From NCBI GenBank assembly GCA_051002135.1, contig JBPCMQ010000060.1:144008-208007 (forward strand): DNA of 64,000 nt. The letters run 5' to 3'. Position 1 is the stretch's first letter. Each line of letters opens with the position of its first letter. Source of the stretch: Chloroflexota bacterium (GTDB taxonomy: Bacteria; Chloroflexota; UBA5177). Shown here in pieces: positions 1 to 8,729 of this stretch. The notes below the pieces were generated by a model, which was not told where the DNA came from, did not search any database, and worked only from the letters and a program-made list of their open reading frames with translations. The position numbers and the translations under genes were made by a program.

Positions 1-2686
1 CTGACCGCCGAATGCCACCCTCGTCCATGATGAGCTTCTTCAGCGTTTCCCATCGTTCTGTTGCGTGCCGACGCTGCTCTTGCCGCTCCTCCCATTCTCG
101 AAAGACCCGCTCCGCCTGCTCTTCATTCCCACCACGCGCTATCTCCCATTCATGCATCTTTCCAGACGCTTCGAAGGGGCCTAACGCCGGCATCACCGTA
201 AAGAAGCCAAACGGCCCCGCTCCAGTGTCCTTGTTTTGCTGCCACAACTGGTAGGTGGTCATTGTCACCTGGTGCATTGCCACGTGCTGAAGCTGGGGCA
301 GGCCATCAAGATTGATGCGGGTCTCGCCGGCCTCCACCCGCTCGATGAAGTGGTAGTAGAGATCGTACAGCCAGCGAGCACCGCCGAGCTTGTACGAGTC
401 GGGATTCCCATCCCGGTCTCTGGCACATGGAGCTGGGACATGGGTAGGGGACACGTAGTCACCAGGCGACGTCCAGACACCGGTGCCGTGCGAAGAGAAC
501 TTGCGGATGCGAAACCCTACGTCGCTGGTCTCCGACCCGGCGCAGCGGTTGTACAGCGCGTATCTCTTGAGCGAGATTCCGATGAAGTACAGCGGCTCAG
601 GTTTTCCCTCCCAGTAATTCTCCTTCTCAATCTCCAGAATCGAGTCGCCGTCCGCATAGGGAGACAACGGTGAAAACCACTCGACGACCTCCCGCACCAG
701 TGCTCGAAACCGTTCGCGTTCCATGCCCTCCGGCCGCGCGAAGAAAATCGAGTCAGTGTCACAGAAGGTATTGGGAAGGCCGCGTTGGACTCCGAGCGTT
801 TCGGCAAGCGCGATGAGGAGTCTGCCACCTGCCGGGATGTGTGTGCCGATGGGTCCCGCGAAGTACGGGCCGACCGCCTCCACGACGTGCGTGCGCCGTT
901 CCGTGTGATCCATGGCGTAGACATCCACGGGTGCGGTGTCGTAGGTCCGCTCCTCGGGATTGTCCTCGACCATGATGCCGTAGCTCGTGGCATTGGCCAG
1001 CAGCTTGAACCCCCGCTGTAGGCCATCGAAGTATTCCCACTCGACGCTGTCCTTCTTGCAGGCCTCCTGCCGGCGGATCACCTGATCGCGGAAGTTGATG
1101 ACGGTTGTAAAAAAGTCCTCCACGTTCAGGTCAATGGCGTACCGATCATCGCCGAGGAAATTCCAGGGTTTGGTCTCCACTCGCCCGTGGGGGACCAGCT
1201 CTTGCACCTCTTCGAAGGCCGGGACATTCCCTGTACGAAGGACGCTGACAATGACATCCGCCAGGGTGTACCAGGTGGACGGTCCAACAACATCCACCAG
1301 TGCAATGTTGGTTGACGCTGTTTTCTGGTCATACTTCCCTCGGACTGGTAGGACGGCCCCGTTAGGCTTGAGTCTGACGAAACACCGCAGCCGGCGCCAT
1401 GTTTCTTTCCGCTGGAGCAGAGTGAGGAGATCGGGAGACTCCAGTAGCTCCCTAATCTCGTGCGTACAGTCGCGGACCTCAATACGCTCTGCCAGCAGCA
1501 GCTCCTGGAGACCCACCAGAGCATGACCGGAGGGATACTCCGACTTGAAGTCAAGGAGTATTCCTTCAACGACCTGAAGACGGTTGTTGACCTCTGTCCG
1601 TCCGCCGTAGTACGCAACCATGCTGTGCCCGATGACCTCAGGGGAAAAGTCTGGATGCTGCTTCATGAACCGAGGGACGCCGAGGTCCTCGAAGTACGCC
1701 TTCCCCAGTGACGCCTCCGAGAAGATTTTCCAGATTTTCTTTGTGAGACCGTGCTTTCGGTAGAGCTCCCGCTCCTTTTGATACAGGCTGAAGGTTGCCG
1801 CCACATCCTGCCGGGCATAAGAGATATAGGCGTCGGTCAAGGCTTTACCGTGGTCACCGTCTGGAGACTTTTTGGGGTCAGTCTGGAATTTGGTGCAGAG
1901 TCCCTTCAGCGAGCAGTCGCCCGGACCGAGTAGGGCGCGGCCGAGGGTCATGGTGTCGAGGAACTTTCCCTTGTAGTGCTTCGTGTACTTCTTGCCGGTG
2001 GAGTTGTGATGCGACACGGAGCGAAACTCTATGCGATTCTTCATGGGGCCAAGATGTTTGATCCGAAGTGGTGGATGGTTGATGCACTCTTCATGCCCAC
2101 AATCGCAGAGGGTGAACCAAAAACCATTGCGATACGTGCCGGCGCCCTCACCATGGGTCGCGGACAGGACCGAGAGATCGAAAGCAAGGTTATGGTTGAG
2201 GCAGAGTGCCTGATAGCCGTAGATCCACTTATAGAAGACCTCGCAGACAAAGTCGTTCTTGGTCATGAGTTTCAAGCCGTTAAGTCGCGCGTACCGTGTC
2301 AGTACCGCCAGGTCATCCGGATTCATGTCGGGATTGTGGAAAAGGCCCTTGTCCGCCAGCGTATCGAGGGCTTCTCGATCCAAAGCGCCGCGTTTGAGCA
2401 GCCGTAGTCGCTTGTCACGGCTGATCCCGTGGACCTCGTAGCAGCCAAAGCGCAGCGTTTGGCTGACATCCGTGGTAGTTTCCGTGTCAACGACTAGTGC
2501 CCATCCTTCATAGGGCCGGCCAATCTCACGGATCGCTAGCTCCTCGGGTGACGGCTCTTCCTGGACCTTGTTATGGTTGCCACGCTTGGAGGCATCCGCT
2601 GTCGATTTGTCCTCGTGTTCCACGATGTAGGCCCGCACGTACTGCTGCATCTGATCGCGGGACGTCGGCACCTCTTCGGACGTCAT
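1..2686 (-). CDS. polB: Family B DNA polymerase (PolB), N-terminal 3'-5' exonuclease plus polymerase domain; partial. The start is at 2686 and the C-terminus runs off the left edge, so more than 890 aa lie in the window.
   Basis: Open minus-strand frame from an ATG at 2686 to position 1 with no stop; it is absent from the ORF track because the stop lies outside the window. Translation shows Exo I VVDTETT, an Exo II-like NLAFDLSVL, a YGYQ Exo III-like motif, motif A DFKSEYPS, motif B KLLANATSYG and motif C FCDTDSIFF. The + strand ORFs across 1-2700 are antisense artefacts. Confidence 0.85.
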   Translation of the reverse strand, partial: MTSEEVPTSRDQMQQYVRAYIVEHEDKSTADASKRGNHNKVQEEPSPEELAIREIGRPYEGWALVVDTETTTDVSQTLRFGCYEVHGISRDKRLRLLKRGALDREALDTLADKGLFHNPDMNPDDLAVLTRYARLNGLKLMTKNDFVCEVFYKWIYGYQALCLNHNLAFDLSVLSATHGEGAGTYRNGFWFTLCDCGHEECINHPPLRIKHLGPMKNRIEFRSVSHHNSTGKKYTKHYKGKFLDTMTLGRALLGPGDCSLKGLCTKFQTDPKKSPDGDHGKALTDAYISYARQDVAATFSLYQKERELYRKHGLTKKIWKIFSEASLGKAYFEDLGVPRFMKQHPDFSPEVIGHSMVAYYGGRTEVNNRLQVVEGILLDFKSEYPSGHALVGLQELLLAERIEVRDCTHEIRELLESPDLLTLLQRKETWRRLRCFVRLKPNGAVLPVRGKYDQKTASTNIALVDVVGPSTWYTLADVIVSVLRTGNVPAFEEVQELVPHGRVETKPWNFLGDDRYAIDLNVEDFFTTVINFRDQVIRRQEACKKDSVEWEYFDGLQRGFKLLANATSYGIMVEDNPEERTYDTAPVDVYAMDHTERRTHVVEAVGPYFAGPIGTHIPAGGRLLIALAETLGVQRGLPNTFCDTDSIFFARPEGMERERFRALVREVVEWFSPLSPYADGDSILEIEKENYWEGKPEPLYFIGISLKRYALYNRCAGSETSDVGFRIRKFSSHGTGVWTSPGDYVSPTHVPAPCARDRDGNPDSYKLGGARWLYDLYYHFIERVEAGETRINLDGLPQLQHVAMHQVTMTTYQLWQQNKDTGAGPFGFFTVMPALGPFEASGKMHEWEIARGGNEEQAERVFREWEERQEQRRHATERWETLKKLIMDEGGIRRS

Positions 2687-3216
2687 GGTAGGTCCCCAGT
2701 CCACGCCAATCGCAGGAGGCACGCGGGAATGGTGACGGGCCGGCCGGCGAATGCCTGGACGAACCACGCTGTGAATCGGAGCACCGCCAGCACTAGGTCT
2801 CGGCAGATGGAAGGTCGATCCTGGGGTGCGGTCCGCTCAATATGAAGCGAGCAGACATCCAGAATGCCCTGAAGGAGGAAGAGAAGTGGGCGGCTGCCGG
2901 CGGTCCACTCGCTGCTCCAGGCTTCTCGTTGCCGTTGTGACAGGAGCTGGTGACAGTTGAGGCAGGTAGGAATCGTCCATGTGGAGTTCCGCCTCCCGGC
3001 GACATGATTATCTTCAAGCGGTCCCCGGCATTCGCAGATTGAGCACCAGCCCTGCCGGCGACGATGGCCGTCGGCGCAGTTCAGGCACACAACCGTCCCA
3101 GCCACCTTGCGCACGCATGTCTGGTAGTACTCGCCGCAAGCACATGGTCCCAGCTCAGGCCGCACGACTGGCACCGTTCTCCGACGAAAACATGCGTTCA
3201 AAGTCCCCTGAGTCAA
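2683..3216 (-). CDS. HNH endonuclease-like zinc-finger protein
   Basis: CLNC...GH...EDNH...N...CLNCH arrangement (CxxC/HN/CxxCH) consistent with an HNH nuclease fold. Its TGA stop overlaps the PolB ATG (ATGA at 2683-2686), suggesting translational coupling. The ORF begins at a TTG; the true start may lie downstream. Confidence 0.6.
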   Translation of the reverse strand: MTQGTLNACFRRRTVPVVRPELGPCACGEYYQTCVRKVAGTVVCLNCADGHRRRQGWCSICECRGPLEDNHVAGRRNSTWTIPTCLNCHQLLSQRQREAWSSEWTAGSRPLLFLLQGILDVCSLHIERTAPQDRPSICRDLVLAVLRFTAWFVQAFAGRPVTIPACLLRLAWTGDLP

Positions 3217-3883
3217 AGTCTTGTTCGTCCAGCCATTCGAGCACCACGTTCAAATCTGTCTCCAGCCGGTACTGATTACCATCGACATCGCGGATGATGG
3301 TGTGTTTGAACCGTGCCAGAGATTGGTGCCCCTTACCGTTCTGGGCATTCCCGACAATGGCCCAGTACGTTCCCATCCGAGACAGATTCCTTTTGTCAAG
3401 GTCCACAGGAGGAAAGTACTCACCGTCGGACGTGAGAATGATTGAATGACCTGCCGGTCGTATACCCCAGCGGCGCGAGGTCCTGTCAGGCCGGTCAAGG
3501 AGCTGGTGCTCCTCGTTGACACGTCTCACCGTCTCCGGTGTTGTTCCCGCCTTCCTTGCCGCCGTTGTCAGTGAGTCGCCTTGGCTGATGTACTTAACGG
3601 TTTGGTAGTACTTGTCGAGCGTGCTTCCAGGTATACGTTCGATCTGGCCGATAGCCCGTAGACGAGAGATGGACGATTCACCTCTGGAAGAACGCGCATG
3701 CCCGCGCTGTTGAGCCTTGGTCAATCCAGGATGTGAACTGCCTTTTGTGCGTAAGTCGTATTCACTCGACTTGTAGATGCCGGGCGAAGCGCGTTGAATG
3801 CTACGAGCGGCTTCGCGCCCACTGACCTGCCGCGTTCTTCCCGTTTTCTTGTTGGTGAGGGTGTAGGTCCGGCGCGTGCTCAT
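3155..3883 (-). CDS. Hypothetical protein with a predicted helix-turn-helix region (element-associated)
   Basis: 242-aa ORF upstream of HNH/PolB on the same strand. The segment DKYYQTVKYISQGDSLTTAARKAGTTPETVRRV looks like an HTH. No family was recognised beyond that. Confidence 0.45.
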   Translation of the reverse strand: MSTRRTYTLTNKKTGRTRQVSGREAARSIQRASPGIYKSSEYDLRTKGSSHPGLTKAQQRGHARSSRGESSISRLRAIGQIERIPGSTLDKYYQTVKYISQGDSLTTAARKAGTTPETVRRVNEEHQLLDRPDRTSRRWGIRPAGHSIILTSDGEYFPPVDLDKRNLSRMGTYWAIVGNAQNGKGHQSLARFKHTIIRDVDGNQYRLETDLNVVLEWLDEQDFDSGDFERMFSSENGASRAA

Positions 3884-4383
3884 GACGCCGGCTCGCGGCC
3901 AATCGTGCCTTGGGTGGAGGGATGTTCCTGCCTAGTGCTACACTGATTTGACATTGTTTATTCCTAAACCTTGCCCTGTTGGAACCTTTGGTCGGGAAAC
4001 CAGCAGGGCAATTTTGTATTTGGCGCTATGTCGTGGCCGGGTGAGGCTCCCCTTTGCCGGACTGCTTCGAGGCGTCCCTATCCACGGGCATACAGGGACT
4101 CGGAAGGGAATGAAGTTGAAGATAATGGTCGAGGGCCATGGCAACGATGGCACTACGAGTGAGGCCGGTTCGTGTCGAAACTCGCCTCACAGCGTTTCCC
4201 AGAGACTGCGGGAGCATTACGGAAAACGCTGCCCGATCAACGCCGTTCTTGAGGTCATTCATCGGTGGTTGACTCCTGTAGGCTGGTTGTTAAAGGCACC
4301 CATCCGGCAGGCCTTGGGCACAGTCTCCCATTTGGTCCAAACATGACTTCCCGCTAAAATGTAGGTAAATACCGTCATGAGGA
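3884..4383. promoter_or_regulatory. AT-richer divergent intergenic region between the leftward HTH-HNH-PolB genes and the rightward HTH-Cas1 genes (putative divergent promoters)
   Basis: A ~500-bp stretch with visibly lower GC (for example ctacactgatttgacattgtttattcctaaacc) lacking a convincing ORF, flanked by divergently oriented genes. Confidence 0.3.
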
Positions 4384-5370
4384 ATGCGAGCTTTGGATCG
4401 GACACACACGATACCGGAGCTGGTCGCGGCAGCCGCTTCAAGCAACGTTGTGGTGAGCGAGCGCCAGATCGTTGAGTGGTGCCGGGACGGCCTTTTACCC
4501 ACGCCCTCACGACCTTCAATTCCGGGAAAACGTGGTCGTGGCCCGCTACGTTTCCCAGAGCCGGCTCCGGATGCCGTCGCATGGCTCGGTCGCTGGCGAC
4601 GCTCGATTGACGGAATTGAGCGGGTGAAGACGTGGCTCTGGCTTGAGGGCTTTGACTACGTCAGTACTGATGGCACCGCGATACAAGATGCTCTGAACTT
4701 GTGGATGAGAGCGGTATGGACAACGTTTCAGGCCGTATTCCCAGGGCTAACCGACACTGCGACGTTGCCGTCCGGAGAAGACTTAGGAATAAATGACGAG
4801 CGGCGAGACTCGATCCTGGATACGTTGGACAGGATCGTGACTGCACCTCTCGAAAACTCTGGCCATCAAGCCGGGCTAAGAGAACAAACAGATATCTCAA
4901 CGGCCCTGCTTGGAGTCCCGGTTAACGTGGAAAACTCCTCGGCTCCCTCCGCATTGTTGGCACTGGACGCTCTTAACAATCACTCGGCTGTTCGTCTTCC
5001 CATTAGCGCCATCCTCCAAACGCTTTGGGACCGTCAACCATCGATGGACGACTTCTACGACAAATTAGGACTGCCTGCGCTGATTCAAGGGGGAATTGAC
5101 ATTCACCACATTCGCCGGGTTTGGCAGGGAATAAGTGCGGCAGTTGAAGTTTTAGCATCGCCTGGCGTGCCGTCAGAGGTTCAAAACCTTGTGCCCCTAC
5201 TTCCGTTTCTCCAGGAAGTTCAGCGGCGATCCTTCGCCAGCGATCCCCGACTCATAACCATGGTGCTTGCTCTCATGATGCGCGTCGCTCGGCCTGGTGA
5301 TGCTGAACGATATGCCCGACGTATGGTGAATCGAAGGAATCGTATTCGGACGCACAATGCCACTCCGTGA
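4384..5370 (+). CDS. Hypothetical protein with an N-terminal excisionase/MerR-like HTH (HTH_17-like) domain
   Basis: The N-terminus IPELVAAAASSNVVVSERQIVEWCRDGLLP resembles Xis/HTH_17 DNA-binding domains. The gene overlaps the downstream cas1 by 14 nt, suggesting co-transcription. Confidence 0.55.
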   Translation: MRALDRTHTIPELVAAAASSNVVVSERQIVEWCRDGLLPTPSRPSIPGKRGRGPLRFPEPAPDAVAWLGRWRRSIDGIERVKTWLWLEGFDYVSTDGTAIQDALNLWMRAVWTTFQAVFPGLTDTATLPSGEDLGINDERRDSILDTLDRIVTAPLENSGHQAGLREQTDISTALLGVPVNVENSSAPSALLALDALNNHSAVRLPISAILQTLWDRQPSMDDFYDKLGLPALIQGGIDIHHIRRVWQGISAAVEVLASPGVPSEVQNLVPLLPFLQEVQRRSFASDPRLITMVLALMMRVARPGDAERYARRMVNRRNRIRTHNATP

Positions 5371-6784
5371 GTACCGGCACCTCACGTGCCCCCAGTGTGA
5401 GGCATCATTTGTCACCAAGGAACGCACACAAACCTATTGCTCGCGTGCCTGCTCATGTGCCGCCATGCGTTTGCGCCTTGCCGAAACACGAGCGTCCGGC
5501 GAGACTCCTGGACATGGTGGCACCGCTGCCGAGACTCGCCGTGCGTCCCTTGCAAAAAGACGTGCATCCGGCGAGGTTATGGGATGGGCTCTGCACAGAC
5601 AGAAGATGGCAGATGGAGAGGAGCGCATAGCGTCGCTTGATGGCCGGCCGGTCCTCGTGCCGGCACGAAACGGTGTGCCCGAGCACTTGAAGTTTACGCT
5701 CGACGGCGATGCCTACCGAGATGCCGGTGAACGCTGGGAGGTCCGTGCCGGCGCCATGGAGGCCTCGGCCACCCTGGTGTTGGCCGGCCGAGGATGTGGG
5801 CTGCGAGTCCTTCGAGGTGATCTTGTCGCACAACCAGGGCTCACGCACACGACCTGCGACGGTGAGGAGCGGCGCCTGTACCGAGGGCAACACGGAATCG
5901 AAACCATTGTGCTGGTGGGAACGGCCGGATCGGTGACCTTGGCTGCACTTCAGTGGTGCCGCGAGCAGGACATCACGCTCCTATCAGTGGATCGTGAGGG
6001 ACGCATCAGCGGTGTTGTCTCACCGGTCTCACCGGCCGCAGCGCATCTTCGGCGACTCCAGTACACGCTCCTTCCGCTCCACCTCGCCAGGATGCTGGTC
6101 TTATGGAAGCTCCGAGAATGCTGCCGCGACGAGCGAAGCTCCCAGCTGGAGGAGTACGCTCGACGCTGCGAGGACGCGGCACCCGTCGAGACGCTTCGGA
6201 CGGTAGAAGGCCAGGCCGCACGGGTCTACTGGCAGAGCTGGGAAGGCCTGCCTCTTACCTGGGTCGGGCCTCCCGTCCCTCCGCTCTGGCATCGCTTCGA
6301 TGGTCGAATATCGCCGCTATCGCAGTCCGGACGCCATGCGACACATCCCGTGAACGCAATGCTGAACTTTGCCTATGGCGTTCTCGCGGGCCACGTCGAG
6401 CGCTGCATCGTCTCCCGAGGCCTCGATCCCGCGATGGGCTCCCTGCACGCTCCGAAGGATGGCCGGCCCTCCCTCGTCTACGACCTCATGGAGCCCTTGC
6501 GCCCGCACGTTGATGCCCGGCTTCTCCCGTGGGCGTCGTCCCAGAGCTGGCGGCGCATCGACTTCCCCGTGTCCGTGTCCGGCGTCGTGCGGCTCAATCC
6601 GCAGCTGGCACGGTGCGTGGTGATTGTGGCGTCTCTACCGGCTGCCGCAGTGGAAGGCGTGCTCGACGCGTACGTCGGATTCCTGCGGTCGTCGGCCGGG
6701 CCGCGTGTGGGCGACCCCGAACGGTCGCGTGCTCGGGCGGGCCGTGCTCTGGGGAAGCGGCAGAAGCGGCTGACGAGGGCGTAG
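5357..6784 (+). CDS. cas1: Cas1-family integrase (casposase-like), with an N-terminal CxxC...CxxC zinc-ribbon extension
   Basis: Cas1 signature region NAMLNFAYGVLAGHVERCIVSRGLDPAMGSLHAPKDGRPSLVYDLMEPLRPHVD. Compare E. coli Cas1 [23 protein letters not shown], which contains the conserved His and Glu. The N-terminus CPQCEASF...CSRACSCAA is a Zn-ribbon. There is no cas2, cas4 or repeat array nearby; PolB lies 2.7 kb away. Confidence 0.85.
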   Translation: MPLREYRHLTCPQCEASFVTKERTQTYCSRACSCAAMRLRLAETRASGETPGHGGTAAETRRASLAKRRASGEVMGWALHRQKMADGEERIASLDGRPVLVPARNGVPEHLKFTLDGDAYRDAGERWEVRAGAMEASATLVLAGRGCGLRVLRGDLVAQPGLTHTTCDGEERRLYRGQHGIETIVLVGTAGSVTLAALQWCREQDITLLSVDREGRISGVVSPVSPAAAHLRRLQYTLLPLHLARMLVLWKLRECCRDERSSQLEEYARRCEDAAPVETLRTVEGQAARVYWQSWEGLPLTWVGPPVPPLWHRFDGRISPLSQSGRHATHPVNAMLNFAYGVLAGHVERCIVSRGLDPAMGSLHAPKDGRPSLVYDLMEPLRPHVDARLLPWASSQSWRRIDFPVSVSGVVRLNPQLARCVVIVASLPAAAVEGVLDAYVGFLRSSAGPRVGDPERSRARAGRALGKRQKRLTRA

Positions 6785-6975
6785 GGACACGACGGGCGAT
6801 GGTGCTCAATGGGGGTAGTGGAGCTCCCTCGGGCGATGGACACGGGCCCGAGCGCTGGGCGCTAAGCGGTCCCCGGAGCGATATGGGGTCAGAGGCCATA
6901 CGGGCTATGGAACGGCGTGGTGAGGCGCAGGGAAGCCTGTTTATGGTCGTCTAAGGTAGGTCGTGTCATGGCTAG

Positions 6976-7035
6976 GCGAGGATCGTTAGCTGCGAGGATC
7001 GTGCAGGCCGCCTTCGCCTGCTGCGAGGATCGTGC
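6976..7035. repeat. Three direct copies of GCGAGGATCGT(GC), two of them as CTGCGAGGATCGTGC with a 31-bp period, just downstream of cas1
   Basis: Copies at 6976-6986, 6990-7004 and 7021-7035. Nearby are the subrepeats cgggcgatgg (x2) at ~6793 and ~6829. The function is unknown; they may be terminal subrepeats of the element or binding sites. Confidence 0.5.
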
Positions 7036-7531
7036 GAGTGCTTTGACAGCTTGCGAGCGTCAGCGAAGATGACGAAACTGTTGACGGAGAGAGGCGATGA
7101 GGGAATACAGGCGTCACCTAGAGGGCAGCGTCTATATACCCCTCATGTTATCACAGGGGGTTTACACTACACGATTTCGAGGGGGCTTGACGGACGCTCG
7201 TCTCGCGGACGTACTGTCTGTCCTGGCCGCGGTAGACTCGGCCAGCGTCAGTCTCGCCATTGGACCATCCGCAGGCGCGGCTTTGAGAGAGCAAGGCCGG
7301 TCCGGACACTGGAACGTCCCGCCGGTCGCAGGGCACCTACCAGTTCGCAGTCACGCTGTTGAAAAAAGCCTGCGACATGTCGCTACGATGGAAGTGGCCC
7401 GGCAATGCCGGGTTGGTCGGGACCGGGCCCAGTGGGACCGAAAATGAGAGGGACTCTGGGATTCCATCTTCGATGTCGCCCCGTGGACCGCTCGCGCTTT
7501 CATACAGAAGGGCGACGCACAGCGCAGGCCA

Positions 7532-8116
7532 GTGCGAAGGATTCTCGGTATGCCGCATAGAAAGAAGGTTATCTTCAGCATTGCGCTTAGCGCGGGAGCA
7601 ACAATCCCAATAGCTCGTGCCGTGGCCAGACCGCTATCGGTCGTTCGCGCCGCTGGGGCTGTCTCAATTCCTCCCCACTGCCGGCCTGGCCCCAGGCCCA
7701 GAGTGCTCTCCTCACTGGTCGGTCCCGGCGTCGGATACTATCCGATCTGGTCGATAGGGATCGGCGGGCATCCAGCTACCCTCCCCTGCGGCAACTCGTG
7801 TGTACGGACCCCCCACGGCTGGGGACACAAGAACCTGCTGGTGGTTGCGCCACAGTTCCGCGGCCGAGTCACACTTCAGGGCAGTAAGGTCCACGGAGCG
7901 GGTCGTCTGTGGTTCGAGAATGAGGACCCCTACCATATCATGGTGAAGTACGTGAAGATCCTGCACATTGATCCCGATTGGCAGCGTATCCCTTCCGCGA
8001 AACGGGCCTACATCCAGTTCCCCGGCGGCATCATTTTCCCGCGACCCGGTCTGTACTACCTGAATGCACATTATCCCGGTGACAGTTGGTGTTTCACCTT
8101 TACTGCTCGCCACTAG
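7532..8116 (+). CDS. Hypothetical secreted protein (N-terminal signal-peptide-like segment)
   Basis: 194-aa ORF. The N-terminus MPHRKKVIFSIALSAGATIPIARA looks like a signal peptide. It is Gly/Pro-rich and no family was recognised. Confidence 0.4.
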   Translation: MRRILGMPHRKKVIFSIALSAGATIPIARAVARPLSVVRAAGAVSIPPHCRPGPRPRVLSSLVGPGVGYYPIWSIGIGGHPATLPCGNSCVRTPHGWGHKNLLVVAPQFRGRVTLQGSKVHGAGRLWFENEDPYHIMVKYVKILHIDPDWQRIPSAKRAYIQFPGGIIFPRPGLYYLNAHYPGDSWCFTFTARH

Positions 8117-8729
8117 CCACGCGCACACGTATTGAAGGATCTCGCTGTCCGCTGCGACAGCCGCGTCACTACGCACGAAACTGTCCTCGCCAGGCAGTTA
8201 CATACATCGTCGATGACTGCTGGATAAGTCGGACCCGTGCGCTCAATGACGGAAGCGAGAACGGAGCGCGTCAGGTCGCGAGGGATGCCATCAACGGATC
8301 GGACAACCCCTGGGGGCTCGCCGTGACGATACGCATCAATCGTGATCAAGGCAGTCCCGCACGCCGTTACCCGCTCGATGAACGCGGGCTCCAAGTCACT
8401 CTTGTGCCCTCCGCGGCTGTGAGCGTCGACAATCGCGTCATAGGGTCCTGCTCCGTGACCGCGCCAAATGAACCAGGTACATCACGCCCGCGTCGAACGA
8501 TCTCCGGGTCCGGAATCAGTGCGTTCCTCCGGACGAGTCTCCATTCTTTGATTCGCGTTTGTTGGCGCCTGGCGCACGCACTGCAACCCCCCGCGCACGC
8601 TGCGAGTAGGTTATCCGATGCCCTACCGCTTGTTCGCCCAAACATCCGGGTCACAGCCTGACGCGTCATGTCAGGTTCGTTCTGCAAGCTGGGCAGGTGC
8701 AGGCGATAGACCGTGTCGCCGACGGGCAC
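8113..8729 (-). pseudogene. Possible frameshifted gene remnant: two consecutive minus-strand ORFs in different frames
   Basis: ORFs 8367..8729 and 8113..8394 look protein-like (not Arg-rich) but overlap in different frames. The surrounding 8100-9200 region has only short overlapping ORFs on both strands. Confidence 0.25.

Larger units (their letters stand above)
1..7060. mobile_element. Casposon-like self-synthesizing transposon, partial. It comprises PolB, HNH, HTH proteins and Cas1; the left end lies outside the window and the right boundary is uncertain, somewhere between 6785 and ~9200.
   Basis: Co-occurrence of a family B polymerase and a stand-alone cas1 with HNH and HTH genes, in the absence of cas2 or CRISPR. 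Tight gene coupling is seen (ATGA overlap, 14-nt overlap). Direct repeats and a low-coding stretch follow cas1. Confidence 0.6.

Noticed and set aside
1095-2441. Several 60-160-aa + strand ORFs (for example 1095..1526, 1976..2407, 2259..2441) and short minus ORFs across 1-2700
   Set aside because: They lie antisense or out of frame to the long uninterrupted PolB reading frame, whose motifs are unambiguous. They have Arg/Ser-rich composition typical of high-GC shadow ORFs.
5357-6784. Cas1 as part of a CRISPR-Cas adaptation module
   Set aside because: There is no cas2, cas4, effector genes or repeat-spacer array anywhere in 64 kb. The neighbour is a family B polymerase plus HNH, so the casposon-like interpretation is preferred.
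8086-8661. 191-aa + ORF
   Set aside because: The composition is Arg-rich and non-protein-like. The protein-like signal in this interval is on the minus strand and appears frameshifted.
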